Shown here piece by piece: positions 1-8,584 of a stretch of DNA of 64,000 bases. Source of the stretch: a virus. A model generated the notes under the pieces. That model did not search any database and was not told the DNA's origin. It saw only the letters and a list, made by a program, of their open reading frames with translations. Position 1 is the stretch's first letter; each line of letters begins with the position of its first letter. The stretch spans positions 1 to 64,000 of the IMG/VR virus record IMGVR_UViG_3300031539_000009; one strand, 5' to 3'. The position numbers and the translations under genes were made by a program.

Positions 1-360
1 GTCGATGTCGCCCTGGTACAACTCGTTGCGGATGGCTTCACAGTAGTATGACATCAAATCCCAGAAGCCAACATCATACTTGCCCATGTCGGACAAATAC
101 TCCAGCCGGATTGTGTCGCCGTCCGACACCCGGACGTTGCGCCAGTCCTTGGGATCAAAGGTGTAAGCATAGCACACTCCGTGCCAACGTATGGGCTTGG
201 GAGCATCATTGAACGCCCTGGCCATATCATCGGCCACATCACAGTCCTTGGGGTCATCCTGCATCAATCCGGTCCCGGCCAGGCCAGTGGCTGAACAAAA
301 CTCATCGTTGTTCATATGCTCCGGGTTGATCACCTGTTCCGCTTTGATATAATCTGCCAT
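1..360 (-). CDS. Hypothetical protein, 3'-truncated by window edge (MADYIKAEQVINPEH...)
   Basis: Read by hand: ATG at 360 with GGGGAAGGA RBS, open to base 1; absent from the ORF track. Confidence 0.7.
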   Translation of the reverse strand, partial: MADYIKAEQVINPEHMNNDEFCSATGLAGTGLMQDDPKDCDVADDMARAFNDAPKPIRWHGVCYAYTFDPKDWRNVRVSDGDTIRLEYLSDMGKYDVGFWDLMSYYCEAIRNELYQGDID

Positions 361-374
361 TGTTCCTTCCCCCT

Positions 375-500
375 TCACCCTGTAATCCAGACCCTGCGCA
401 TGGTGTACCTGCGCCCGTGCCTGTCTGTGTACTCGCCCTTGCTTGTGTAAAACTTCTTGAGCTTGTATGCCCGTCCGCACTGTGCTTTCAATAATGCCAT
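375..500 (-). CDS. Small basic hypothetical protein (41 aa, MALLKAQCG...)
   Basis: 3' part of track ORF 375..683; purine-rich RBS before ATG at 500; fills the gap between neighbours. Confidence 0.5.
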   Translation of the reverse strand: MALLKAQCGRAYKLKKFYTSKGEYTDRHGRRYTMRRVWITG

Positions 501-513
501 CTTCTCATCCCCC

Positions 514-744
514 TTAAAATATGATTTTGACCAGGTGGTTGGTGGGCTGGCCATCCCAATCGCATATCTGTCCAAACCACTCGGTACCATCGGACATGAA
601 ATGTCCCCCGGCCCGGTCGCTGAACCTGAACTCAACACAGCCACCTTCCCATATGCCGGTCTTGTTGTCCTCAGCCGCCTCACAAATTTTGCTCCATCCC
701 TTGGCCACTGCGTTCTTGCGGAATCGCTTGAGGTTGGTGAGCAT
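514..744 (-). CDS. Hypothetical protein (76 aa); in-frame upstream ATG at 795 separated by one TGA
   Basis: ORF track; packing with neighbours. Confidence 0.6.
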   Translation of the reverse strand: MLTNLKRFRKNAVAKGWSKICEAAEDNKTGIWEGGCVEFRFSDRAGGHFMSDGTEWFGQICDWDGQPTNHLVKIIF

Positions 745-822
745 CCTGTCGCCCTTTTCCCCGGTTCACTCGATTTTTGTTTTTGTGTTGTTCATCGTCT
801 TGCTCCCTTGTTCCTTCCGTCC

Positions 823-1797
823 TTAATTCCTGCCAAACTCGCTGGTCCAATCCCCGGCCTCATCCTCAAGCTGGCTCACGTGACTGATCAACTCGCTGTC
901 CAGTTTGTCCATTTCGCCCTTGATGTGCTCCATCTCGCTGTCCATGCTCTGCTCACCTTCCATCCCGGCCAGCTTTCCGTCCTTGATCCCTTCCCTGACC
1001 TTGTCCATCGCTTCCATCGCTGCTCTGAGGTGGCGTATGGCATTTTCCATCTCATCCCTGACCTCAGCCGCCTTGTACTTGTCCAGACCCATGTCCTGGT
1101 CTGCTTCCGTGGTGCCCTCTGTGGCTTCCGTTGTCTCGGTGGCCGCCTTGACGATGGACAAGCCCGCTTCCGATAACTCAATTTGCGTCCCGGCAACATC
1201 ATACCCGTTGGCATTGCCCAACTCGTGAACATAGATCATCCCTTTGGTCGCCAGCTGCCCCATGTATCCGGCCACCTGCTGCTTGGTGAACTCAGGGCAG
1301 AACCCAGCAACCTGGTCCCCAAAAGTGAACTCACCGCCGGTCTCATCCATGGCGCTGGCGTGGACCGCCTTGAGCACCTTGGCCTCATTCTCGTTGAGCT
1401 TGTCGCCGTCATAATCCGCTTCCTGCTCGGTGGCCGCTTCCGGTCCGGCCAGGATTCTGTCAGCCTGAGCATATCCAGCTTCAATCATTTCCTTGACGAC
1501 CGCTCTGGTGTCCTCTTCAGACCTGAGATTGTAAACCGATCTGAATGTGACAACGTCGTCCATATTTTCAGAATCCCGGCTGCAGGACGTTTCCACCAAC
1601 ATAACCAACTCCAATCCGGCCCGGTCCCAAATGATGTCGTATAAGTTGACCTGCTTGGTCCTGATCCGGTCTGTCTCGTTGCGCTTCACAAAATCGGCCC
1701 GCCTGTAGACCTTTCCGACCTCGGTGCCGTTGATCTGAAGTGAATACTCTTTGCGTGATCCCTGGTCCATCGTCTTTTTCCAAATCGCCTTTTTCAT
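823..1797 (-). CDS. Early protein with central winged-helix-like segment and acidic coiled-coil C-terminus
   Basis: GGAGG RBS before ATG 1797, directly behind a sigma70 promoter; LNENEAKVL...QVAGYMGQLATKGMI...IELSEAG resembles wHTH. Confidence 0.7.
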   Translation of the reverse strand: MKKAIWKKTMDQGSRKEYSLQINGTEVGKVYRRADFVKRNETDRIRTKQVNLYDIIWDRAGLELVMLVETSCSRDSENMDDVVTFRSVYNLRSEEDTRAVVKEMIEAGYAQADRILAGPEAATEQEADYDGDKLNENEAKVLKAVHASAMDETGGEFTFGDQVAGFCPEFTKQQVAGYMGQLATKGMIYVHELGNANGYDVAGTQIELSEAGLSIVKAATETTEATEGTTEADQDMGLDKYKAAEVRDEMENAIRHLRAAMEAMDKVREGIKDGKLAGMEGEQSMDSEMEHIKGEMDKLDSELISHVSQLEDEAGDWTSEFGRN

Positions 1798-2016
1798 TTT
1801 CGTTTCCTCCATTTGTGTTTTCTCGATCATAATACAAGTATAGCTGATCTTGAATGGAAAGGCAAGAAAAAAATCGCCCAAGATCCAAACTTTTTTTGTA
1901 AAGCCAATTAATTCAAGCAGTTAGAAGACAACTTTTTTTTGGTGTAGCCCGACTTCTAAGATGTGCCAAAGGTAAAAAGGACCAAAATTGGCTTCCGGTG
2001 TGGATAGGTAGTGGGA
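1798..2016. repeat. ~200-bp early-promoter cassette repeat, copy 1
   Basis: Near-identical blocks at ~3423-3620, ~32660-32830, ~34100-34298. Confidence 0.9.
1837..1865 (-). promoter_or_regulatory. Strong sigma70-type early promoter, copy 1 (TTGCCT-N17-TATACT)
   Basis: -35 at 1860-1865, -10 at 1837-1842, A/T tracts upstream; repeated at three other loci. Confidence 0.9.
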
Positions 2017-2017
2017 T

Positions 2018-2045
2018 AAAAAATGGGCCGCTTTGTGGCGGCCCC
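2018..2045 (-). terminator. Rho-independent terminator
   Basis: Minus strand GGGCCGC-cacaaa-GCGGCCC then ATTTTTT, just after the stop at 2066. Confidence 0.8.
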
Positions 2046-2065
2046 GGAGTGGATAGTTGATGGGA

Positions 2066-2305
2066 TTATGCGTTGTGGTCAAAAATCCCCAAACGCTTGA
2101 GACCTTCCGTGGTCAACGTCCCGGCCTCAGCAATGACGTGCTGGTCAACTTCCCCGATCTTGTGTGCCGATTCTGCCACGGCATCGGTGATTGTGGACTC
2201 GTACACATACTTGAGACCAGACAGCCCAGTTAGTGCCAGGGAAGCCAACCGCATTGCCCTTTTCCCCCGGACCTGAAACCCGGCCCTGATCTGCTCCACG
2301 CTCAT
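2066..2305 (-). CDS. Hypothetical protein (79 aa)
   Basis: ATGA overlap with upstream gene; followed by terminator. Confidence 0.7.
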   Translation of the reverse strand: MSVEQIRAGFQVRGKRAMRLASLALTGLSGLKYVYESTITDAVAESAHKIGEVDQHVIAEAGTLTTEGLKRLGIFDHNA

Positions 2306-2499
2306 CCCGCCGCCCCTTCCAAAAGCACGCTGATCTGCGCCGACACATATGCGCTGCTGCTATGGCTGTCTATGGTGACCCAATCCGCATTTGGACCGTC
2401 CTCAGCATAGAATGCGTACGTGAACGGACCGCCCAACCCCTTGCGCTCTGCGTGCTTTTTCGCCAACCGTCTGACCTTATTCTTCACCTTGGCGTCCAT
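2302..2499 (-). CDS. Hypothetical protein (MDAKVKNK...)
   Basis: AAGGGGAAGG RBS before ATG 2499. Confidence 0.65.
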   Translation of the reverse strand: MDAKVKNKVRRLAKKHAERKGLGGPFTYAFYAEDGPNADWVTIDSHSSSAYVSAQISVLLEGAAG

Positions 2500-2513
2500 C
2501 GCCCTTCCCCTTT

Positions 2514-3083
2514 TCACTCGCCACGGTTGGCGATATCAACCAGCTGCTTCCGGTATTTTTTGAGCATCTTGCGCAGAGATGCTTCCTGCTTCCGGCTGAA
2601 GCTGCGCCCCTTCCGGTGCCACTCGACCAGGCTGCCAGCAAACTCAGCGTCAAATGCGCTGAATCCGACCTTGTTGTGATCCTTGGTGGTGTGTTCCGCC
2701 CGCTCTGAATCAGTCTGCCTGGCCCACATCTTCAGGAGTGGCCGGTGAAGCAGCCGGACATCCATGGTGTCCATCATCTCGGTGATTTCCTGCTCGGTGT
2801 AGATTTTGCGCCCCTCTGCGGCTGCCTTATCTTCTGTGACCTTGAGGCTGGCTTTCCTTTCCGCCCGCTTGGTTGCCTTTTCCTCTTTGGCCCGGTCCCG
2901 GTCATTTTCCTCTGCCTTGAACCATCCACGCTCAAAGGCAGCCACTTCCGACTCATCCGTGTATGGATTTGCGTCCAGGCCCATCCCGGCCTTGTGAAAA
3001 TCCATCCCCTCATCGACTATGGCCATGAGATGTTCGTCTGTGGCCCCGGCCAGCTGATTTCTGATACTTGTTACATTTGCCAT
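2514..3083 (-). CDS. Early protein with Rmf/CrpP-like N-terminal motif and phage-type C-terminal domain
   Basis: EGMDFHKAGMGLDANPY...FERGW motif; C-terminal NKVGFSAFDAEF...SRKQ...KYRKQL. Confidence 0.65.
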   Translation of the reverse strand: MANVTSIRNQLAGATDEHLMAIVDEGMDFHKAGMGLDANPYTDESEVAAFERGWFKAEENDRDRAKEEKATKRAERKASLKVTEDKAAAEGRKIYTEQEITEMMDTMDVRLLHRPLLKMWARQTDSERAEHTTKDHNKVGFSAFDAEFAGSLVEWHRKGRSFSRKQEASLRKMLKKYRKQLVDIANRGE

Positions 3084-3110
3084 CTTCTTGCCCCCTTCCT
3101 TGTCTCTGGA

Positions 3111-3422
3111 TTAAAACGCTGCCAGAATAGCATCCTCGGCATCCTTGCGACCCATAACAAATTTGACAACCTTGTCTGGGTTGGTAAGATCAACGTGTGT
3201 GTGAATCCGCTTCTGGCTGGTGGACGGCTTTCCAAACACCTTGTATCCGTCCTGACCGACTATGACTGCGAACTCACTGCCATCTTCACGCCCAAACATG
3301 TATCCGATAGTGCCCCTGCCGCCCCGTCCGCTGATGGTCTCTTGTGTGAGGCCCAGGTCTGTTGCGACCTCTTTGAGATTGTTGTGTCTGAACTTGATTA
3401 GGTTTTTGTCTGTCTTTTTCAT
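3111..3422 (-). CDS. Hypothetical early protein (103 aa)
   Basis: GGAGG RBS, first gene behind promoter copy 2. Confidence 0.75.
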   Translation of the reverse strand: MKKTDKNLIKFRHNNLKEVATDLGLTQETISGRGGRGTIGYMFGREDGSEFAVIVGQDGYKVFGKPSTSQKRIHTHVDLTNPDKVVKFVMGRKDAEDAILAAF

Positions 3423-3620
3423 TTTCGCATCCTCCATTTGTGTTTTCTCGATCATAATACAAGTATAGCTGATCTTGAATGGAAAGGCAAGAAAAAAATC
3501 GCCCAAGATCCAAACTTTTTTTACAAGATCAATAAAAACAAATAGTTAGAAGTGAACTTTTTTTTGGTGTAGCCCGACTTTTAAGATGTGCCAAAGGTAA
3601 AAAGGACCAAAACGTGGGTT
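3423..3620. repeat. Early-promoter cassette repeat, copy 2
   Basis: Matches copy 1 through RBS and ATGAAAAAG. Confidence 0.9.
3462..3490 (-). promoter_or_regulatory. Sigma70-type early promoter, copy 2 (TTGCCT-N17-TATACT)
   Basis: Same core as copy 1. Confidence 0.9.
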
Positions 3621-3789
3621 TTGCTGTGTAGTTGGTGGGGTTTGTATAGATGGTTGATATTACACAAGACGGGCACCTGAACGTGTTGCCGCCCCGTTGT
3701 GGGGTTTGTTCCGTCCGGTGCCCGTCTTCATCACATGTTTTCAAATTGTTCCCGACCAGGCGGTGATCGACACCTGATGGCAACCTTGT

Positions 3790-3999
3790 TCAAGATTTTT
3801 TTCGCACGATCTTTTCCGGCTTGGTTGGCAACAGCGCATCGAATGGATGTTTGCACCTGTAGCACCGACCGTCTGGCCATTTCTCACAATTGTGAAAACC
3901 GCAATTCAAGCATTTCACATGCCCGTCTGAGTTGATCAAAGCTGATGGTCCACATTGCTGCCATTCCTCTTCAACCGCCGTGATTTTCTGCCTATCCAT
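3790..3999 (-). CDS. Small Cys-rich (zinc-ribbon-like) protein
   Basis: CLNC...CYRC. Confidence 0.65.
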   Translation of the reverse strand: MDRQKITAVEEEWQQCGPSALINSDGHVKCLNCGFHNCEKWPDGRCYRCKHPFDALLPTKPEKIVRKKS

Positions 4000-4657
4000 G
4001 ATGGACTATCAGCGGATCAGTCAAAAACACCGGACCCGTCTTGGTCAACACAAATCCGTGTTCCTGAGCCCATCGGAATAAATCACGGGTCAAAACAACG
4101 TCTTGTATGTTGTAGTCAATGAGTTCAGCCCACCTTCCCTGTTGATACAGGACCGGAGCATGCGCACCGTCGCCGGACTTCCCCCGGCCCAAGGTCAACT
4201 CACAAATGCTGTCCAGCCCATATCCGCCGTGGGTGGAAGGATTGAAGCATGGCCCGCAATCCATATTCCGCCAAACCTCGATCAGCAAATCAAAATCCGT
4301 CTTCACCCCGTTGACACCGTCCGTCACGGCTGGCCATACGTCCACATTCACGTGCCCGTTGGCAGCTATAACCGGCCTGGGCAGTTTACTCACGCCAGTT
4401 GCGCCCAACAAGACCGGATAGTCAAACCGGATGTGATTGAATCCCACGACCAACGGCGCAGATGCAAGCAGCCGCAATAAGTCATCGATGTTGTGATCAT
4501 CGAATATCATTATGCGCCCTTCCCGGTTGCTCCAGGCCACGCCCGAACTCACGCCCATCAAATGGTGATCCTTCCATCCATTGGGCAACTCTTCAATCCG
4601 CTTCTTGATCTCCAAGTCAAACACAACATAGTCTGACTCATTCCTCCAATTGACCAT
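3992..4657 (-). CDS. RNase H-fold DEDD 3'-5' exonuclease-like protein (YprB/RNase_H_2 type)
   Basis: VFDLEIK, VVGFNHIRFDY, YGLDSIC, YNIQDV motifs. Confidence 0.8.
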   Translation of the reverse strand: MVNWRNESDYVVFDLEIKKRIEELPNGWKDHHLMGVSSGVAWSNREGRIMIFDDHNIDDLLRLLASAPLVVGFNHIRFDYPVLLGATGVSKLPRPVIAANGHVNVDVWPAVTDGVNGVKTDFDLLIEVWRNMDCGPCFNPSTHGGYGLDSICELTLGRGKSGDGAHAPVLYQQGRWAELIDYNIQDVVLTRDLFRWAQEHGFVLTKTGPVFLTDPLIVHHG

Positions 4658-5537
4658 CTCTGTTCACCTCCACCTTTTTCTTTTTGAGTGGTATCCTCTT
4701 GAAGCAATCCCATGTCCCCTTTTCCCGGACCGCTAACATTGGAAAGTCAGACACAACATAATCCTTGATCTTGGCCCCGGTGATGATCTCATCTCGCATC
4801 ACCCAACCATTTCGATTCCACGTGCGATCATTCTTTTTTGCCAGCCGGTCAATCCCATCATGAAATCCCTCATCGCCCGTCGCCCATCGGTGCATCCTGT
4901 AAGACGACAAGCGCACAAAAAATTCATGCCCAGGACCGCCCCGGCTGCCGTTGGACCATCCCGCATATCCGTTCAACGGCAAGATGTCTTCCAATTCTTT
5001 GACTATGCTCAATGGCATAGCCACAGCGGCCAGGGTGTGCTTGGTCAACGCCTGGATCAATTCATCGACTGTTTTGTGATTGGTTTCGATCTTTGTGAGG
5101 TCATGGATGAAGAACAAATACATCACTTCCGGTTGGGTGAACGGAAAATCACAATTTTGAAGGTTTTCATATTCATTGGTCTGCCCGGTGTCCACAATGA
5201 ACCCATAACGCTTGGACCCGCCCTTCACTTCAACCAACACGTCATGAATTTCGCCCCCGAACTGGTGAGCACCCCAAATCACAACGTCAGGGTACACCAA
5301 CCAACCGGCTGGCCTTTCACCGAACTCACCGACTAGGATGTGAGCTGCCAAGGCTTCATAAAACTGCCCAATCACCACTTTCACTTTCCCCTCATTCAGC
5401 GGTTGCTGGTCTGGTTCCAATTCCTTGAACAACCAATCCTGTCTCAAACTATCGTCCATCCACTCAGGTATTGGCACCCTGTAACCTCTTGCGTATTTCA
5501 TCAAGTGTGTGGCCTGGAGTGTCCGGCCCCTCTTCAT
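4638..5537 (-). CDS. PD-(D/E)XK restriction-endonuclease-like nuclease
   Basis: GQFYE...YPDVV...VLVEVKG; start uncertain. Confidence 0.55.
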   Translation of the reverse strand: MKRGRTLQATHLMKYARGYRVPIPEWMDDSLRQDWLFKELEPDQQPLNEGKVKVVIGQFYEALAAHILVGEFGERPAGWLVYPDVVIWGAHQFGGEIHDVLVEVKGGSKRYGFIVDTGQTNEYENLQNCDFPFTQPEVMYLFFIHDLTKIETNHKTVDELIQALTKHTLAAVAMPLSIVKELEDILPLNGYAGWSNGSRGGPGHEFFVRLSSYRMHRWATGDEGFHDGIDRLAKKNDRTWNRNGWVMRDEIITGAKIKDYVVSDFPMLAVREKGTWDCFKRIPLKKKKVEVNRDGQLEE

Positions 5538-5958
5538 ATCCAAACACCTGGACCACATTTCCGTGCTCGGTGACCTCCACCCAGCTTTTCCTTTCCTTCC
5601 GTCTATTCTGCGCCCTGATTTTGCTGATCTGCTCCATGAGACTGGTCCCGTCCTCCATGGCAATGTTAACAATCCGCCTCAGCTGCTCTTGCATTTCATC
5701 TTTGGCAATCCTTTCCGCTTCTGCCAACCCGCCCCTCCAGGCCCGGACATCGATCAAACAGCACAACGGTTCAAAGAACAAACCTGTGTTATCAACGCAT
5801 TGTCTGTGAACAGCAAATTTCAATCGCCGCCCGGATTGGACTGCTTGCAACAGCTGATTCTTGTCGTGAACCAAATCCTGATCAAAAGCCATCTTAATCG
5901 CCAAAAAATGGTAATCAAGGTTGACTTTTCTGTTACAATGTATGCAAATGCCACTCAC
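5464..5958 (-). CDS. Hypothetical protein with N-terminal CxxC
   Basis: GTG at 5958 overlaps upstream TAG; AAGGA RBS. Confidence 0.6.
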   Translation of the reverse strand: MSGICIHCNRKVNLDYHFLAIKMAFDQDLVHDKNQLLQAVQSGRRLKFAVHRQCVDNTGLFFEPLCCLIDVRAWRGGLAEAERIAKDEMQEQLRRIVNIAMEDGTSLMEQISKIRAQNRRKERKSWVEVTEHGNVVQVFGYEEGPDTPGHTLDEIRKRLQGANT

Positions 5959-6146
5959 TATTTTCCTTGGTTCCTTTTCCTGGGCTTTTTCAACGGTTGT
6001 CCGATCTTGACCCACCTTGTTTTCCCGCACCTGACGCATTTCTGTTGGGCCATCGCCGCCCGCTTTCCGCTGGCAGGGTGGCTGTACACCGTCCTCCAGC
6101 TGTGCTCAAACACCCCGCATATCCACTCCATAAATCGCTTCCGCAT
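5958..6146 (-). CDS. Small Cys/His-rich basic protein (62 aa)
   Basis: GGAGG RBS; C-x4-H-x-W...CVRCG. Confidence 0.7.
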   Translation of the reverse strand: MRKRFMEWICGVFEHSWRTVYSHPASGKRAAMAQQKCVRCGKTRWVKIGQPLKKPRKRNQGK

Positions 6147-6208
6147 AATAGCACCTCCACTTTAATGGTTATGTTTGATTATTCAGGAAGCACGGAACAT
6201 CCGTTGAA

Positions 6209-6748
6209 TCATTCTTTGATAACACAAATCCTTACCAGGGCAGTCCCTTCCCCGACCATTCCAAATTCCTTGGCAGCCAGGGTGGACAAATCAATGATCC
6301 GTGGGCCACCTTCCGACCGCCTATGTATGAACGGCCCACGGTCATTTATCCTGACCACAATACACTCCCCGATATCAGGACCGCCCCGGCCATCGATGCG
6401 ACACACATCCACCATGGTGTTGAATGGCAACGTCTGGTGTGCCGCCGTCATCTGCTTCCCCCAGTATTTTTCTCCATTCGCTGTCCTGTTTCCATAATAG
6501 CCTGGCCCGTACCATGAAGCATATCCCTCTTCACACTCCTGCTCCATCTCCGGTGCCATATCGCTGGGAATCGGGTCAAATGTCGGCTCAGATTCCGGCT
6601 CTTGGATTGCTTCCACCTCCACTTCCGCTTCCGTCACAACCACTTCACCCACTTGCGGTTGCTCAATCACTTCCGATTCCTGGGTGGCGCACATCTCGCA
6701 ACCTATCAAGGTCACGACCGCAAGCAACACCAAAATTGTCTTTTTCAT
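6209..6748 (-). CDS. rlpA: RlpA-like lytic transglycosylase lipoprotein (DPBB domain)
   Basis: Lipobox LIGC; GYASWYG, TANGE, TAAHQTLPF, VRINDRGPF, RIIDLS. Confidence 0.9.
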   Translation of the reverse strand: MKKTILVLLAVVTLIGCEMCATQESEVIEQPQVGEVVVTEAEVEVEAIQEPESEPTFDPIPSDMAPEMEQECEEGYASWYGPGYYGNRTANGEKYWGKQMTAAHQTLPFNTMVDVCRIDGRGGPDIGECIVVRINDRGPFIHRRSEGGPRIIDLSTLAAKEFGMVGEGTALVRICVIKE

Positions 6749-7251
6749 TTTGCTTTCCATTCCATCACCCTTTCAGTGGTTCCAACAGCCCCACCTTGCT
6801 TGTTGGTTTCCCACAACCAGTTGCTTTCCTGTGCTATCCTTGGCGCAAGCCCGTCTGGATACTCGTTGGCAAACACCACCAACGTCACACCAGAATTAAT
6901 AATCATTTTCATGCAAATAGCACACGGACTATGCGTGACATACATTGTCCCGCCCTTTATTGACACACCGTGTTCCGCCGCCTGTAATATCGCATTTTGC
7001 TCTGCGTGGATTCCCCGGCACAATTCAGCCCTTTCCCCGCTGGGCACCTTCATCCTTTCCCTGAGACAACCGACCTCTTCACAGTGCGGTGCGCCTTTCG
7101 GTGCGCCATTATATCCAGTTGAGATGATTTTCCTGCCATGGACAATCACAGCCCCAACCATTCGTCCAGGCCTGGTGCAAGTGCCTCTGCTCGACACATC
7201 CCTGGCGATGTCCATGAAATATTGCTCCCAATCCGGTCTTGTTCTGCTCAT
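6745..7251 (-). CDS. dCMP deaminase
   Basis: RPDWEQYFM, TGYNG, HAEQNAI, PCAIC zinc motifs. Confidence 0.93.
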   Translation of the reverse strand: MSRTRPDWEQYFMDIARDVSSRGTCTRPGRMVGAVIVHGRKIISTGYNGAPKGAPHCEEVGCLRERMKVPSGERAELCRGIHAEQNAILQAAEHGVSIKGGTMYVTHSPCAICMKMIINSGVTLVVFANEYPDGLAPRIAQESNWLWETNKQGGAVGTTERVMEWKAK

Positions 7252-7253
7252 GA

Positions 7254-7418
7254 TTATGCCCCCAACATCAAAAGACCGGCTGCGGCTGCGCAACCAATGC
7301 CAACACGCCAATCCTTCCAGAAAATGAAGACACCGATGATCATGAAGTATATCCCACCCAGTGACTTCGCCCAATGGGTCACCTCAGACAAATACATGCT
7401 GACTTCCCAACAGTCCAT
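7254..7418 (-). CDS. Small membrane protein (54 aa, MDCWEVSMYLSEVTHWAKSLGGIYFMIIGVFIFWKD...)
   Basis: Read by hand; TGATG overlap upstream, stop 2 nt before the deaminase start; two hydrophobic segments. Confidence 0.65.
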   Translation of the reverse strand: MDCWEVSMYLSEVTHWAKSLGGIYFMIIGVFIFWKDWRVGIGCAAAAGLLMLGA

Positions 7419-7819
7419 CACGCACCTTCCGGCTCTTCATCTTCATCCGGGTTGTAATCCGCCCCAGAATCATTTTTTGCCAACGCAATGCTGGCCAGAC
7501 CGTTGGTCACTGCCGATATGGCCGGCACCATCACTCTGGCCCCCATGAACACGGTGATGATGGTGCCCCAAAGAGCCACCAATTGTTCCCCGTTCAAATA
7601 TGGTGTGTGGAATACTTGTATAACCCCGTCATCCCTGAGAACTTCCACCGGCCTTTGGACCACAGCCAAGCCATAGGTCAACCCCATCATCGCCGCTGTG
7701 ATCAAAACCTTGGCAGATATCAGCGTGAACACCAACTTCCAAAACCACGTCCTGATGTTGGTCCGCCAATCGCTGACGTTGATCTTTTCCTTTCCATTCC
7801 CATCAACAGTTGCGGTCAT
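7418..7819 (-). CDS. Membrane protein, two TM segments
   Basis: Hydrophobic stretches; ATGA overlap. Confidence 0.7.
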   Translation of the reverse strand: MTATVDGNGKEKINVSDWRTNIRTWFWKLVFTLISAKVLITAAMMGLTYGLAVVQRPVEVLRDDGVIQVFHTPYLNGEQLVALWGTIITVFMGARVMVPAISAVTNGLASIALAKNDSGADYNPDEDEEPEGA

Positions 7820-8256
7820 TTCGCTTCCCCCTCTGCCTGCTCATCCTCTTTCATCAACGCCACAAAAATGAGCAAATAGTTGATCAGGTCGGCAATCCGC
7901 CCTTCCAATGGCTCGGACCTCACCCGCCTATCATTGAGCCACGTCTTCAACGCATCCTGGTGCTTGGCAAAGTACACGAACCAAACGTCATACTTGTCCA
8001 CGCCCCGGTCCTGAAGCACTCTGGCTATTTCCTTGAAGTTGGACAATGCGTCCGGCTCTTCACCCTTCCCCACGTTCCCGGCTGTGTAATCATGCCCCTT
8101 GGTATCCAACAAAGGCAGGCAATTTTCGCCAATGAATTGCTCAATGTCTTCCAGCCGCTTCTTGTCTGCGTCGGTGGTGAACCTGGACTGGAGCAGAGGC
8201 TTGATCTGCTCTTCCAAGAATTCCACAACCAACGACTGCCTTTCACTCGGTGTCAT
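7816..8256 (-). CDS. DUF1599-like (nucleotide-modification-associated) helical protein
   Basis: KGHDY...DALSNF...SEPLEGRIADLINY pattern. Confidence 0.6.
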   Translation of the reverse strand: MTPSERQSLVVEFLEEQIKPLLQSRFTTDADKKRLEDIEQFIGENCLPLLDTKGHDYTAGNVGKGEEPDALSNFKEIARVLQDRGVDKYDVWFVYFAKHQDALKTWLNDRRVRSEPLEGRIADLINYLLIFVALMKEDEQAEGEAK

Positions 8257-8584
8257 TTCCTTCCCCCTTTCCTTTTTCGCCCCAACGACTCTCAGCCATA
8301 GCCTTGAATGCGCCGTCAAGATCAACGATGTATTGCCCAGCTGCCACCCTGGAAATTGCCTTCAGCGGCCTTATTGACCGCTTGGCGTATTCCACCACAT
8401 TCCTCCAACCAGCCACCGCCAGGTTTTCACCTTTCGGCATCGCCTTCAAAAACGCCCGGACCCTTCCATTAATCACCAGAACAGCATCATGGTGTTTCAT
8501 CCCCTTGCTGTTCACTTCCTGAACTCCCATCATCTTGTGCAATCTTCTGACGCTTGATCTGTTTCCTTTTTGATTGTCGCTCAT
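8243..8584 (-). CDS. Hypothetical protein
   Basis: ORF track, start moved to MSDNQ. Confidence 0.6.
   Translation of the reverse strand: MSDNQKGNRSSVRRLHKMMGVQEVNSKGMKHHDAVLVINGRVRAFLKAMPKGENLAVAGWRNVVEYAKRSIRPLKAISRVAAGQYIVDLDGAFKAMAESRWGEKGKGEGNDTE

Noticed and set aside
766-768. Genome-wide stop-codon reassignment
   Set aside because: TGA, TAA and TAG all end genes with tight packing, and long genes are intact in the standard code.
1798-1888. N-terminal extensions and ORFs such as MGDFFLAFPFKISY and FWSFLPLAHLKSRATPKK at several loci
   Set aside because: Translations of the promoter repeat; RBS-linked starts lie downstream.
3660-3785. Hammerhead ribozyme, c-di-GMP riboswitch or tRNA
   Set aside because: No CUGANGA/GAAA core, only loose riboswitch resemblance, no TTCGA arm or cloverleaf.
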